From NCBI RefSeq assembly GCF_009914755.1, contig NC_060931.1: a stretch of DNA of 64,000 bases. One strand, written 5' to 3'. The notes beneath the pieces are model-generated. The model was given only the letters and a program-made list of their open reading frames with translations. It did no database searches and had not been told where the DNA came from. Both the position numbers and the translations under genes were made by a program. Shown here one piece after another: positions 1 to 13,979 of this stretch. This DNA comes from the human T2T-CHM13v2.0 reference genome, Homo sapiens. Positions within the stretch are counted from its first letter, which is position 1; every line of letters begins with the position of its first letter.

Positions 1-49
1 CAAAGCGAGGGGATTACAAGTGTGAGCCCCCGCGCCTGGGCCAAACTGG

Positions 50-790
50 ATCTTAAAAGGGCAACAAGGTGTTTTCCAGGCAGTGGGTGGAGGCGGCTGC
101 ACGTGGCAGAAGAGGTTGGTCGGGGCAGGTAAGAAGTTGCCATGCTAAGGGACTTACGTTTTTGCAAGGAAAAGAGAACACTAAAAAATTTAAGTGGACA
201 AATGAAATGATCAGATTGCACTTTAGAAAAATAACTCTTGTGGTAGTTACTGGACATGGATGATACAAAACACAGGAAAACCAAGTGAAAGAAAAAAGAT
301 GACGGTTTTAACCTGAGAAATTACAATGTAGATAGAAAGGGATGGAACTGACCACTCTGAAAATTTAGTGACAGAAGACTCTATTGAATTACACTTGGTG
401 ATCAATTAGATTGTAGTGGAAAAGGCAGGGTGAGGAAAGAAATACAGGCACCTGAACTTGGGTAGCCAGGTAGATGTGTTGCCAATGACGACAACGTGGA
501 AGAGGCGTGAAAGCATTTGGTTGTAGGCTAATTAGTCACATGTGTGATGTCCACTTGGAGACACCCATCAGACACTTGGAAAAAGTGGTCTGGCACTCAG
601 CTGCAAGAATGGAGCTTGAAACATGAATTTGGGAGTCACTGCACACACATATTTGAAACCTCCAAGTATATGATGTCTCAAACAAAAAAAAAGAAAAAAG
701 GAATGGGTAAGATAAAGAGAGCCTAAGTCTGTGCTCTAGAAAAACGTATCAACCAGGGGCTAGACAAGGAAAACAGAGTGGTGCCAGTAC
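50..790 (-). mobile_element. Degenerate L2
   Basis: Purine-rich L2-antisense motifs (GATGTCCACTTGGAGACACCC, AATTTGGGAGTCA). Confidence 0.5.
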
Positions 791-820
791 CCCTCATTAC
801 ATTCTTTACTTTAACTCTCT

Positions 821-1200
821 ATAATTTGGGCTGATTTGTGTGTCTGCAAGTTTCATATGCTGAAGACCTAACTCCATACTTCAGGTCACTAGATGTGGAG
901 ATGGGCTCTTTAAAGAGGTGATTAAGGTTAAATGAGGTCATGAGGGTGGGCTGTAATCATATGTCTGGTGTCCTTATAAGAACAGATGAGGACACACACA
1001 TGCACAGAGGGAAGACCATGTGAAGACACAGGGAGAAGACAGCCATCCCGAACCAAGGAGAGAGGCCTCAGCAGAAACCAACCCTGCCAACACCATACCC
1101 TGAGATTCCTAGCCTATGGAACTGTGAGAAGACACATTTCTGTTGTTTAAGCCACCCAGTCCGTGACACTTTGTTATGGCATCCCTAGGAAACCAAGGCA
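821..1200 (+). mobile_element. MaLR LTR (MLT1A/B-like)
   Basis: TAAGGTTAAATGAGGTCATGAGGGTGGG...GAACTGTGAGAA...TTGTTTAAGCCACCCAGT. Confidence 0.8.
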
Positions 1201-2270
1201 CCCTCACAACACATTTGTCTGACAAATGAGAAAATTGAGGCTCGGAGACACTGACTTGCTAGTTACAGGCAGAGCTTAGATTCAAATCCATTCCTATCTT
1301 TCTCCCTCACTGGCTGAAGGCACAGAAGACTGAAAAATGAGTGTCAGAGGGAAAAGAGAAAAAAAGGCAGTCTTCTGAAACCAAGGCAGGAGGGAGATTT
1401 AGGAGGGTGTAGTGAACAGGGTCAACTGGAAGTAAAAGATGAAGCAGAAAGAGCGCTGAAAAATAGGCAAACAGGCAAAGGTTTTGACACTAACCAACAC
1501 AGTGATGCATTTTGGGGAATTGGAAGTCAGATTACAAGGGAAAAAGATCAAAGGAAATTTCAGCTGACCTAGAAAACAGAACCTAAATAAAGACACTTAC
1601 TTCCGAATTAAAACCAACGCTTGACAGAAATTTGGGTGAGGGTTAATGGTGAAAACTAGAAACATGCTTAGGCTTCCTTTAGCCCTCCTTAATAATCCTG
1701 CTGAGCTTTTTCTCTGATAAAAGATGTCAAGGATAAGAACATGGACAATTACATTTTGACAGATTCTTTGACTTATTCACTCACTAGCTGCTTAGGTTTA
1801 TTTTTCACCTACCCAGGAATATAAGAAAATGATACCGTATTCAACTCAAGAGAATATCAGCCTAAGAATTTTAAAGTAAGAGAGAAAAATCCCTAAGGAC
1901 TAACTGAACCATGTGTGCCACGTACCATGGCAAACTCCCCGTGAGAGCCTGGCTGGGAGGCTTGGGGAGAGGAAGAGAGGGGAAGGTCTAATCGGACTTC
2001 TCTGTGCCAATGGCTCTGTGAAAGCCATTTCTGGCTGTGCTTCCTTCTCCCTCTCTTTTGGAAACTTTTAAGTCCCAAAGGACCATTGACGAGTCATCCA
2101 ATTTCCCGTGGAGTTAAGAAGCTGCTGGAAACCAGAACAACACATTTTACCTAACGAATAGAATCCTTTCCATACTCTCTGCTTAGTCATCAACCTTCCC
2201 AGGCCTGCCATTGCTGCACAGTTGCCTCCAAATTTATAATAAACAAAAGACCTATGAGTTTTTTGTGGCT

Positions 2271-2580
2271 TTTTTTTGTTTGTTTGTTTTGTTTTTTGAG
2301 ATAGAGTCTTGCTCTGTTGCCCAGGCTGGAGTGCACTAGTACAATCATAGTTCACTGCAGCCTTGACCTCCCGGGCTCAAGCAATCCTCCAACCTCAGCC
2401 TCCTGAGTAGCTGGGACTACAGGCGTGTGCCACCATGCCTGGCTAATTTTTTAATTTTTTGTAGAGACAGGGTCTTGCTATGCTGTCCAGGCTGGTCTTG
2501 AACTCCTGAAGCTCAAGCGATCCCCCCACCTCAGCACCCCCAAGTGTTGGGATTACAGGCATGAGCCACTATGCCTGGCC
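2271..2580 (-). mobile_element. Alu (J-like)
   Basis: Alu dimer, T-rich tail on left. Confidence 0.9.
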
Positions 2581-2793
2581 AAGAGTTATGAGTTTTGAAA
2601 CATCTAGTAATATAGAAAAACATACTGTGTACATGCTAAATGAGCTTTTGCTAGTCTAAATCCACTTAGCAATTAGCCATCTCTATGGCGAACTTGGGGG
2701 AAAAAAATCAACAACCTCAGTTCTCTTCCTGATTTCACTACTGTCAGTGGCTTCACCATCTTCCTAGTTATTTCACTTGACTAACTAATTTTT

Positions 2794-2864
2794 TTTTAAG
2801 TGAAAGCAAGTTTATTAAGAAAGTAAAGGAAGAAAAGAATGGCTACTCCATAAGCAGAGCAGCC
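2794..2864 (-). mobile_element. Short polyadenylated LTR (MER41-like) R-region retrocopy
   Basis: Minus strand GGCTGCTCTGCTTATGGAGTAGCCATTCTTTT..AATAAACTTGCTTTCACTT followed by an A-tail; flanking repeats CTAA(C/G)TAATTTTT. Confidence 0.7.
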
Positions 2865-3542
2865 CTAAGTAATTTTTGATTCAGCCCTTTCCTTCCACTG
2901 TTCTGCTTCTAATCTTTCTCCATTTCATGGTTCAGCTTTTGATTTTAAAGTATCCAAATGACTGCCCTTAGAAAACAGGGGCACCTCATCTTGGCAATGA
3001 TCCTCAAAGGCAGTTAACAGCAGAGAGTATCAGAGTATGGCAGTGAGTGGACACATGGGATTTGAAAAAGCTTTCTAAGATATTCTTACAGGACTCCTGG
3101 GTTGCAGGAAAAGGCTCCCTCCTACTTAAGAATCACAGCCAGTTTTTGCATTAGCAGTAACCCTCCATTAATGCTTCATCAATGCTGACATCAACAGAGC
3201 CTCCCAACATGCCCTTTATTCTCGCCATCCCAGTCCTTGCTTTGTATTTCCTCTTGGGCTACCTTCCTGAAACACAGGTCTCATTTTCTTGTCAATGGTT
3301 CCCAATTTTTTTTTGGTATTAATTTTTTTTAAAAGATTCAGAAATCTGGATCTTTAAGACTGGCATAAACAAAAATAAAGCACAAAATAACATGATAGCA
3401 GCAGTTATTAACTGCAAGAATACAGTAAAAAAGACTCATACTAAATGTTAATGTTTTTGCAACAGAATTATTGCAATCACCTCATAGTGGCAAATTTTGG
3501 CAAGAAATGATCATTCATTTCTTATTAAAAATACAAAAAAGA

Positions 3543-4181
<639 letters not shown>

Positions 4182-4856
4182 TCATCAGTTGTAATGGCTC
4201 CCTATTTCTTATAAAGTTCACACTCCCTAGCAAGGAGTCAATGTCCTTTGCATCTAATCTGCTTTTCTACTTTCCTTTCCTTTCCTTCTCTCACTACCCC
4301 AAACTCGAGGCAAATCTACATAGCACTTGCTGAGCAAATCCTGACCCACTGTCCCACCACCAGTGCCTTGCTCTCAGACTGTTTCCCTCCGGCCATGAAT
4401 GGCCTTTCTTCCATCTCCTCCCACTGACATCCCTGCTCTCCCTTCCTGGCCCAGGTCAAGTGCAGTCCCAGTCCTAGGTTTCTTCTTTATTCCAGGCTAA
4501 AATTAATCTCACCCTCCTCCAGGCTAACAAAGATTGTCTGAACTTCTGTTGTAGTCATTAGCACATTCTGTCACATACTGTAAGTTATTTGCAAGTATAT
4601 CTTTCTCCTCTGGAAGACTGGAAGCTCCTGGAGGGCAGTCACTGTGCTATCTTTACAATTTCCCATAAGGCTTAAAGTAGGGTAGTTTCTTACAAACAGA
4701 AGATGGTTGAATTCATTTATCCACTTATTCTTTCATTCAGTAAACATTTGTAGAGCAATTACTATATGCCAAGCATCTGCATTTATAAAGACTTTCAGGT
4801 TCCCACTATCCGCCAGGGCAACAAGATTATCCCAGTTCCCAGAACAGAAGGGAACA

Positions 4857-5150
4857 GGCCAGGCGCGGTAGGCACGCCTGTAATCCCAGCACTTTGGGAG
4901 GCCAAGGTGGGAGGATCACTTGCGGTTAGGAGTTCGAGACCAGCCTGGCCAACATGGTGAAACCTGCCTCTACCAAAAATACAAAAATTAGCCAGGTGTG
5001 GTGGCATGTGCCTATAGTTCCAGCTACTCAGGAGGCTGAGGCAGGAGAATTGCTTAAACCCAGGAGGCGGAGGGTGTAGTGAGCCAAGATTGCACCACTG
5101 CACTCCAGCCTGGGCAATAGAGCAAGACTCAGTATTTAAAAAACAAAAAA
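4857..5150 (+). mobile_element. Alu
   Basis: Alu dimer; TSD AACAGA(A/G)GGGAACA. Confidence 0.9.
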
Positions 5151-5196
5151 CAGAGGGGAACAGGAGAACATCACCATTCTGTCCTATGTCCTATGA

Positions 5197-5745
<549 letters not shown>

Positions 5746-6601
5746 TAAGTTCATCTTTCTCCCACTGTATTCACCTGAATGAGTATTCAACTACAAAACA
5801 TGTGCCTAAAGGATTTTGGATCTAGATGAACTCAGAACTATCCATGTATATGAACAGATGCCCTCTGCAAAGGAAAAAATAGGATCATAAACATTAATAA
5901 AGATGATTTTGAGTATTCTCAGGTGTCACATAACATAAAGGTAACATCCTTGTAGGCCGATGAGCATCAGTTTAATCACCAGATTGTGTGGTCAATGAAG
6001 GGACAAGCGGTTGGTGACAAGGAGTAGTTGACAATTTATTTAGTGAAACCTTCCCCACCACTCTCAATACCAGGTGTCACAGTCACAGTGCCCACCTTCC
6101 TGCTCCAGCAGGAACAGCAGGCTGCTGGGGAGTGGGCAAGGGGATAAAGGCTCAGAGGCACAGCCCAGCATCCCTCCTAGTTGCATTCTGACTCCCACAC
6201 CCACCCTAGCTCCTTGGCCTCCCACTTTGGTGGCAGAGACAGTGAGACTTTCATGGCTACCCGCCCACATGGTAAATCTATCCTTGGCACCTTTTCCTAT
6301 CCTGAGAGGGTGTAGATAAGGTTCCCAACTCCAACTGAAAGCTATTCAAAAGTGATTTTTAATCTGAGAAGCAATAACTAAATTATGGGTTTTCTGTGAG
6401 CCAATGTGTACTTTAAGCCATGTGAAGCCTGTCATTTCCAGGCAGCTGCTTAAGAAGAAACAAAGGGACTTTGTACAGAGACATTCCCTAGTTCTGGAGT
6501 CATTTTACATCTCTCAAAGAAAAATGATGAGAAAATCCACATTTAAGAAGGCATTACACATTTCTTAAGGAACTGTAAAACTGTTCCTTAAGCTATTATT
6601 T

Positions 6602-6714
6602 AGCTGAAACTAAATAATAATCCCATGGGCTTATTTAGGTGGTAAAGCACAAGTCGAATGATTCTTTAGTTTTCCACAAATCATTCTGGAGTTCAACAGA
6701 TTGAATCTGCTCAC
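6602..6714 (+). repeat. 113-bp direct repeat, copy 1 (copy 2 at 7336-7448)
   Basis: 112/113 identical by hand alignment. Confidence 0.93.
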
Positions 6715-7128
6715 AAATTGTGCAAAACTCTGAAAACCAAAGAGAACACACTTCCTTTCCAGTTACCAAAGTCAGTATTAAAACATAAACACAAGGGACC
6801 AGGGATTTACTCTCCAGATGTTTTATTGCGGTTTGGAAAAGGGTCAACACTGCCTTACTCTATGGGGAAATAAAAAGATACCTAATTAAAAGTTTACAGT
6901 TCAATTACCTTAGAATAGAGGCTCTTTCTACTTATTGTCATGAAGATAGAGTATTTGTTAAATGCAGTTATTCATGCTCGTTTTAAAAACTGCTCAATTA
7001 CCCCAATTTATGGCAACAATAATATTTAAGTTCCCATTTAGGTCAACTCACATCTGACATCCATTTTGAAAGGGGACATTACACAGTGCTCTCATGTGTC
7101 ATTTGTGAGAAAGTCATGGATTTCTTAC

Positions 7129-7202
7129 CTTGAAAGTCATTATGAGATGAGTAAAATGGAATTCTGCTTCCAAATCCAGTTGGATAGTTACATTTTCCAC
7201 AC
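7129..7202 (-). CDS. LAMB1: Laminin beta-1 exon 5 ([25 protein letters not shown]); gene continues beyond window start
   Basis: LN-domain motif; acceptor CTGTAG|, donor AAG|GTAAGA; 74 nt, cumulative 423 nt = phase 0. Confidence 0.96.
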
Positions 7203-7335
7203 CTACAGGAGATTTAAAAAAAATAAAACAATAAATGAAACTGTAAATAGAAACATCTGTGAATAGTTGAGACTATTTTTTAAATTACTTTTATGTTCCC
7301 CATAGAAATTATCCTCGCATTCTACCTTAAGCTGA

Positions 7336-7448
7336 AGCTGAAACTAAATAATAATCCCATGGGCTTATTTAGGTGGTAAAGCACAAGTTGAATGATTCTT
7401 TAGTTTTCCACAAATCATTCTGGAGTTCAACAGATTGAATCTGCTCAC
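7336..7448 (+). repeat. 113-bp direct repeat, copy 2
   Basis: Matches 6602-6714 except one C/T. Confidence 0.93.
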
Positions 7449-9383
7449 TGGAACAAGACATCTGGCAGAGTGCCTCTAGCTGCTGTCAAGAAAGACATCC
7501 TTTGCCTAGCCAGAAGTGAAACATCTTCCCAACCCTCTAAGCCAAGCTGCTCTCAAAGGAAAAAAGGGAGGGGCACTTCCTGTGCACAGTAGGGGGTCAG
7601 CTTGCAGTCTGATGCACAAGGACACAATCCTCCTCCAGTAGAAACACAAATATTCCTTTTTCTCTATGCAGCAGCAAAGAAAATAAATAAGAGTCTACCA
7701 CATATGTTAGTTATACCACAACTTAGAAAAACCTATCCCTGATGGGGAAACCTTTGGATGCATTTCCACAATGAAAAACAACGCCAGAGAAAAAAAGAAT
7801 CTGTCAAATAAACTGGCTCAGAACAAATACTAACATCTTCTCTTTCAGGGGAAAGCCTGAACAAACAAATGAGCCTTTGCACCCTTGCCCTGAGGGTCAG
7901 TCAGTCTCACTTAAACACGTTAAAAAGGCCACTGGAATTCCAGAGATGGAAAGCACCTCCTCCCCAGTCCCTAGAGCTCTCAAGCCTGCCTGTTCAGCAA
8001 GGGAGGCTTGCCACGCTTCTTGTGTTTGAGAGAGCTTTTGGGGTCCATCTTGAGAGCAAAAGAAGTCTTAAATGCGGAAAGACAGGAATGTGTCAGAATG
8101 AATCATGTCACAGACTGGTGTATTTTCAGGAAATCAGGAGGACCTTTTGAAATAAACTCTTGCTGGAAAATTGCCAAGTCAATTGAGGGGGCGGGGGGTG
8201 AGGAAAGTGGTCATTGGAACGGATATGAGTTAGCTGGAATGTTAAAAGAAAAACATTATATTCACACTAACTAATCTTACCTAACTTATCAAAAAGAACC
8301 ATATTACAGAACTACACTGGGCATTTATTTTTGAGTGAAATGTTAGGCAACTGTACATCTCTCCTCTTCCAGGCTTTTAAAAACCTACAATATTTGTTCA
8401 AAATTAAGAGATAACAAAATAATGTAAAGTGCAAAGCAAGACTAGTGCCATTTCTGTAACCTAAGAACATATGCTGCAATGTGTGCACCAAAAGCACATT
8501 CCATTTAGATTTATAACCTGATAAAGCACTACAGGCTTTTTTTTATATGGGAAGAAAAATCCACAGAGAAAAGAAACAAGGTCATTCTTCTATAGTGTAT
8601 TTGATTTCTGTCAGACCTAGGAAGAGATCATCACGATGGGTAAAAATAGTCGTACATTCCAAGCTCGTTTCTGTGCCTGGACACTGATAATTTAGCCCCG
8701 CCACGTATAAGCACAACTTGTGCACAACACACAGAAAATAGATAAAATCACATTCATAAACTCTTAAACTGTGATCAGACAACAGAGAGATGATAGGGTA
8801 TAGTAACAATCAGTCTGACTTTCTAAAGACTAAGTTCCATCAGTCTAATCTCATCTAATCTCTTGTGACAGAGTGACAGAGAACTCAAGCCCCTCTACTG
8901 GAAAATCTCTTCTTTCTGGCATCTGGTCTCTTTTGTCCCAGAGATTCAAAGTTGTAGAAGTTGATTAACTCGACATAACTAAGAAAAACCTTCCTCTAGA
9001 ACTACAGCACATGATAAACTGTTTCACTGTCTGCTGACTAAAATGGGGACAGTCTCCATCCTAATGTTGAGGCATCTTCTTCAAACGGTCTTTCACTAGA
9101 AGAATGTGGGAGATCAGGAAATGTTCCTAGTCTTTGTTCATAATAAGCTTGCTGCTGTTTCAGAAGTCCTCGGGGTACACTGCAGATTTACAGAAACTTC
9201 TCTTTCACACTGAAGTATCAACCAAAATATGCCCCCGTAAGAATGAACATGGCTCTAAATGATAAATGCTTTCTGATGACCCAATGAAGTTTGTAACCAA
9301 TGAATTGCCAAGGCCAACCAATGAACAAACCAACTCTCCTTAGAAACCAATAGTCTAGAAAATATTGCAATTTAACAGTCGAT

Positions 9384-9708
<325 letters not shown>

Positions 9709-10598
9709 CTATTAAGGGCGTTTGTCTTTACAGAATGATAGATGGCTGCAGCGGCATCCAAAGCCTGCCCAGGTGTACTGCATAGAATAAAGAAATCTAG
9801 TAGTCTCCAGGCTTTTTAACGGCCAGGGTTAGGTTCACTTCTTTGAGGATACTTATTTATTTATTTATTTTAAAGATCTAACAGTACATTGTTAATTAAC
9901 GAACACAATAACTCTACCTTTATTCCCCAAATTTCAGCATTCGAGTTTGAAACAAATGTGAAACTCATCTGGGCTTCATGTCACAGCAATAGTAAAATCA
10001 TATTTGATGAATGTATTACACCAAATCCCAAACAGCAAAGACAGGAAAAAGGGTGTAATTCATGCAATCACTGGAGGAACCATTTGACTTGGGGTCATAT
10101 CCATGTTGACAGAGTCTTTGAAAAAATTACATCTTGCTGCTTATTCATAGTGTTACTATTACTATCAAGACACTTTCTGTAGATGAAGGAAGGCAGTGGG
10201 GGGAGGAGTGGGGGCTATGATTCTGCCCCTTCCTTTGGGATTGATCAAAATGAAAGATGTTACATTTTGTGGAAGAATAAGGGCCTGAGATAGTACCCAT
10301 ACCCTCCCCAGACAGCCCCCGGCACACAAGTATTCTCTCCAAAAGCCCCTCAGAATAAGGACTATGAAATGCTCCTTTGGTCTAGCATGACAGACTGCTT
10401 TCTTATAGGAAATACATGCTTCAGGAAGAAGGATAAGATTTTACCAAGAGAAGTTAGTGCTCCAGGCAGTCAATCTGTCAGAGGCCATAATTACAGGACA
10501 GAGAAGTGAATCATAATTACAAACACCCAGGAACCTGTAAGCTCCACCCAAGTTATCAATCACACTCAACGGAACTTGTCCCCACACCAACCACATAC

Positions 10599-10734
10599 CA
10601 TTTTCAGATTGCCACCAAATCTTAAGGCGGTTTGGAGCAAATGTAGTGACCACATTTTCAATGAGATGGCTGTCAGGATTCAGGGTCTCATGATAAGGAT
10701 CTTGGGAATTGCATATGAAGCATTTTTTGTCCTC
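10599..10734 (-). CDS. LAMB1: Laminin beta-1 exon 4 ([45 protein letters not shown])
   Basis: LN-domain WWQSENG motif; acceptor TTGTAG|, donor ATG|GTATGT; 136 nt. Confidence 0.97.
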
Positions 10735-12012
10735 CTACAAACAAAGTTGAGTTCATCAGTCTAGAAAGCAATCTCATTAAAAACATTTTTAATTAAAAAA
10801 ACCCCATGAAGCTCCTAATACAAAAATCAACCTATTAGCTTCAAGAAAAATAATTGTGTGAAAATTGCTTAGGAGATTTGTATCACATCTTTCACTTTTA
10901 ACTTGCTGAGTCTAAAATAGTCTTGAAAATAATTTCCTCCTTCCTTGCAAATTCAAGATCTAAAGTAAAAGAGGGCATTGTTTCCACAAGCTATTAATTT
11001 AACCAAAATCAAATTTCTAGGCTTAAACCTTAATCTCAATAAACAGCTAGAGAAGCTTACTCTACAGTAAAATGCAGAGGAGATATTAGAGAATTTTTGC
11101 TGACATAAAGCAAACTAAAAATGAAAGAAAAAAATACAGTTCACTTGGCCTGATTTTCTAAAACCTAAATGAAGCAGAAACCAAGTATTAGGCAGAAGTA
11201 TTTAGAGAAGCTTTGGGAACCACAGAACAAGATTTCTTCGTTTCCACCCTGCCCGAGCAGTGAATCAATGGTGGTGGCATGCAGGCTAACCTGCAAATTG
11301 CTCAGAATATCTGGGGAAGGGAGGACCAGGCTGTTGGGAGGACCACGCCATGTTGGGCCCACTATAATCTGGGGCCAGTTCAAAGAACCCCAACATGGGC
11401 ATGAACTAGGATGAAGATAGACTGTAAGTTTTAGGTTAGCTTTGAATTTCTCTTACTTTCTTTCTCCTAAAATGGGAGCCAGAGCCACCTGGGCAGTTGG
11501 GTTAGGAGAGTTATCTACTTCCTGTGCATTCCATCAAGGCAAATCATAAACAACAGAGCTTAATAGTTCTCTTTCCACAAGGAGCTTTGCTCTGTACCTA
11601 CATTTTCTGAAATGCAGACTATTCTTAAGTCTGAAAATGAGGCTAAGACTGAAATACATAGAGACCCACATGTATGTTACAAACAGCATTTAAGGGTAAT
11701 ATTCTTATAAGGACACAATTAACTGACCGTACTTTTACGTTGTATTTCACATCGTATTTATTTAGTTATTACCTTCTTCTCAAAAGGATTTGGAGACTGG
11801 CAAGATGTACTGTCTAAAAAACAGAGACCCAAAGCCAGGGATGCATTAGGAGCCTGGATAAAACAAGCTTCCTGTCTCAATCTTGATGCCCACTAGATGT
11901 TTGAGAAAAGCATATGTCCAGTCCCTTTCTTTAGGCCCTGCTATCTGTGAAAAGCACTTCACAAATGCATGGCTAATCATATATACCAGAGAGCCTGGCT
12001 CCAGTTGCTTTT

Positions 12013-12227
12013 TTTTTTTTTTTTTTTTAAGGGAAACTACTAAGACTGCATCCTCTTCCTCTTACTCTCCCAAAGGAAGAGAAGAACCAAGAAGCAATAC
12101 CAAGAGCCAGCTTCACACTCAGGAGAGACCGCTGCACCTCTTTTTTGTGGTTTCTGATGCTCTCTACATGTTTAGAGAAACTTCTCTAGTAACGAACTAT
12201 AGAAATCATCACTGAGAGGATAGTCTT
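12013..12227 (-). pseudogene. U3 snoRNA (SNORD3) retroposed pseudogene with poly(A) tail
   Basis: Minus strand begins AAGACTATCCTCTCAGTGATGATTTCTATAGTTCGTTACTAGAGAAGTTTCTCT (U3 5' domain) and has box B-like GAGTGTGAAGC. A-tail present. TSD TCCAGTTGCTTTT at 12000-12012 and 12228-12240. Confidence 0.92.
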
Positions 12228-12796
12228 TCCAGTTGCTTTTAATACAAACAGTCTGATTCTCATTTTGGTCAAAGCTGATTTCAGAATCTGGTGATTCATT
12301 TACAGGATGTCCTGGCCTCTCAAGTAAGTGTTAGCATAATATTGTAGGTAAAATTTAAATGCTAATATTAGAAAAGTAACATCAACTGCCTTCAATAACT
12401 TGTAGTCAAGGAAACTAGTACTGGAGAACAATCACCAGAACTCAAAAAAAAAAAAAAGTTTAAAAAAGTTTAATTACAGCCTCCCTTCTAATCAGGAGGA
12501 AGCAGTCTAGACATCTCTGTATAAACCTGGAAGCAAATGAACGGAATCCACTTTACCACATTCCTTTGGTCTAATTGATCAGGTCTCCAGAATGGGCTTT
12601 CTGCTTTGTAAAAGTGACTCCATTTTAAGGGATCTGCTGTGCAAACCACACACAATACTCTGTCCTCCTTCTGAAGGGCAATTGTACAGGTGGGTGGGCT
12701 GACCATGTTCTGAGCAATTAGCTTGGAACTTGCCCCGAATGTGAAACTGATACTTTCTGCTTTTGTTAGAGGCCAGAAATATCAGCCTTTATTTAA

Positions 12797-13090
<294 letters not shown>

Positions 13091-13803
13091 AGCCTCCTTT
13101 TTAAAAATGAAGGAAAAGTATTCTGATTCTGAATATTTTACACTTTGTGTCTTCTTTTAAAATTACTTTTGACTTTGTATAAATATGACCCCTGAAATCT
13201 AAAATTTGGGCCCTCTTTTAGAAACAGGTAACACCCTGAAATTTCACTGTGGTCTTCCTGTATCAGGGTACCATGGCAACCAGGGCATTTCGTAAAAGCA
13301 AGCATCTGATCCTGATATCTAGTTGGGAACAGCACCAAATGAGGAGAGGAAAACGGGTTCGTTCAGTGATTGGAATCACCTTGCAAGACGCCTGTCATTG
13401 CTGGAATCCTCTTTACTCAAGTGAAGATGCGGTAGAGGGGGGTGGGGAAACCCAAGGGTTTTAAAAAGAGGATAAATCACCTTTAATGCACACTTCCAAA
13501 ACTAAAGTTTTAAAAAACACACACACAATCAGGCCTTTTGGAGGCTCTGGGTCAGGGCAGCCAGGGCTGTCGGCAGTCCTGCCTTTCCATACTCACCGCG
13601 CCGGCAGGAAATGTGTGGCGGATGCAACTGTGCAAACTGAGATGGGGCGAAAGGTTGAGCTACAAGCCTAATCCCGGGACTCCCCGGCTGGCTGCGCTTC
13701 CTATCTGGATTGCTGGAAGGATGCGGAGTCCCCAGGGCCTGCCCCTTAGGTCTGGACGGGAGGAGGCGCTAGCAGAGCCTCGAACCCCGCTCTCAGCCCT
13801 CAC

Positions 13804-13979
13804 CTGCAAGTGGCTGACGATACAGTAGGGTTCGGGCTTGTGCAGCCCGCACGTCGAGGTCACCGAAAGCTTCTGTGCTCGGCCGATGAGAAGGTCGCCC
13901 GTGGCGGGATAGCAGCTGCCTTCTGCGCAGCCGTAGCTGAACTCGGGTTCCTGAGCGCGCACTCGGGCTCTGCACAGGG
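13804..13979 (-). CDS. LAMB1: Laminin beta-1 exon 3 ([59 protein letters not shown])
   Basis: Start of laminin LN domain; acceptor GCAG|, donor CAG|GTGAGG; 176 nt, cumulative 213 nt = phase 0. Confidence 0.97.
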
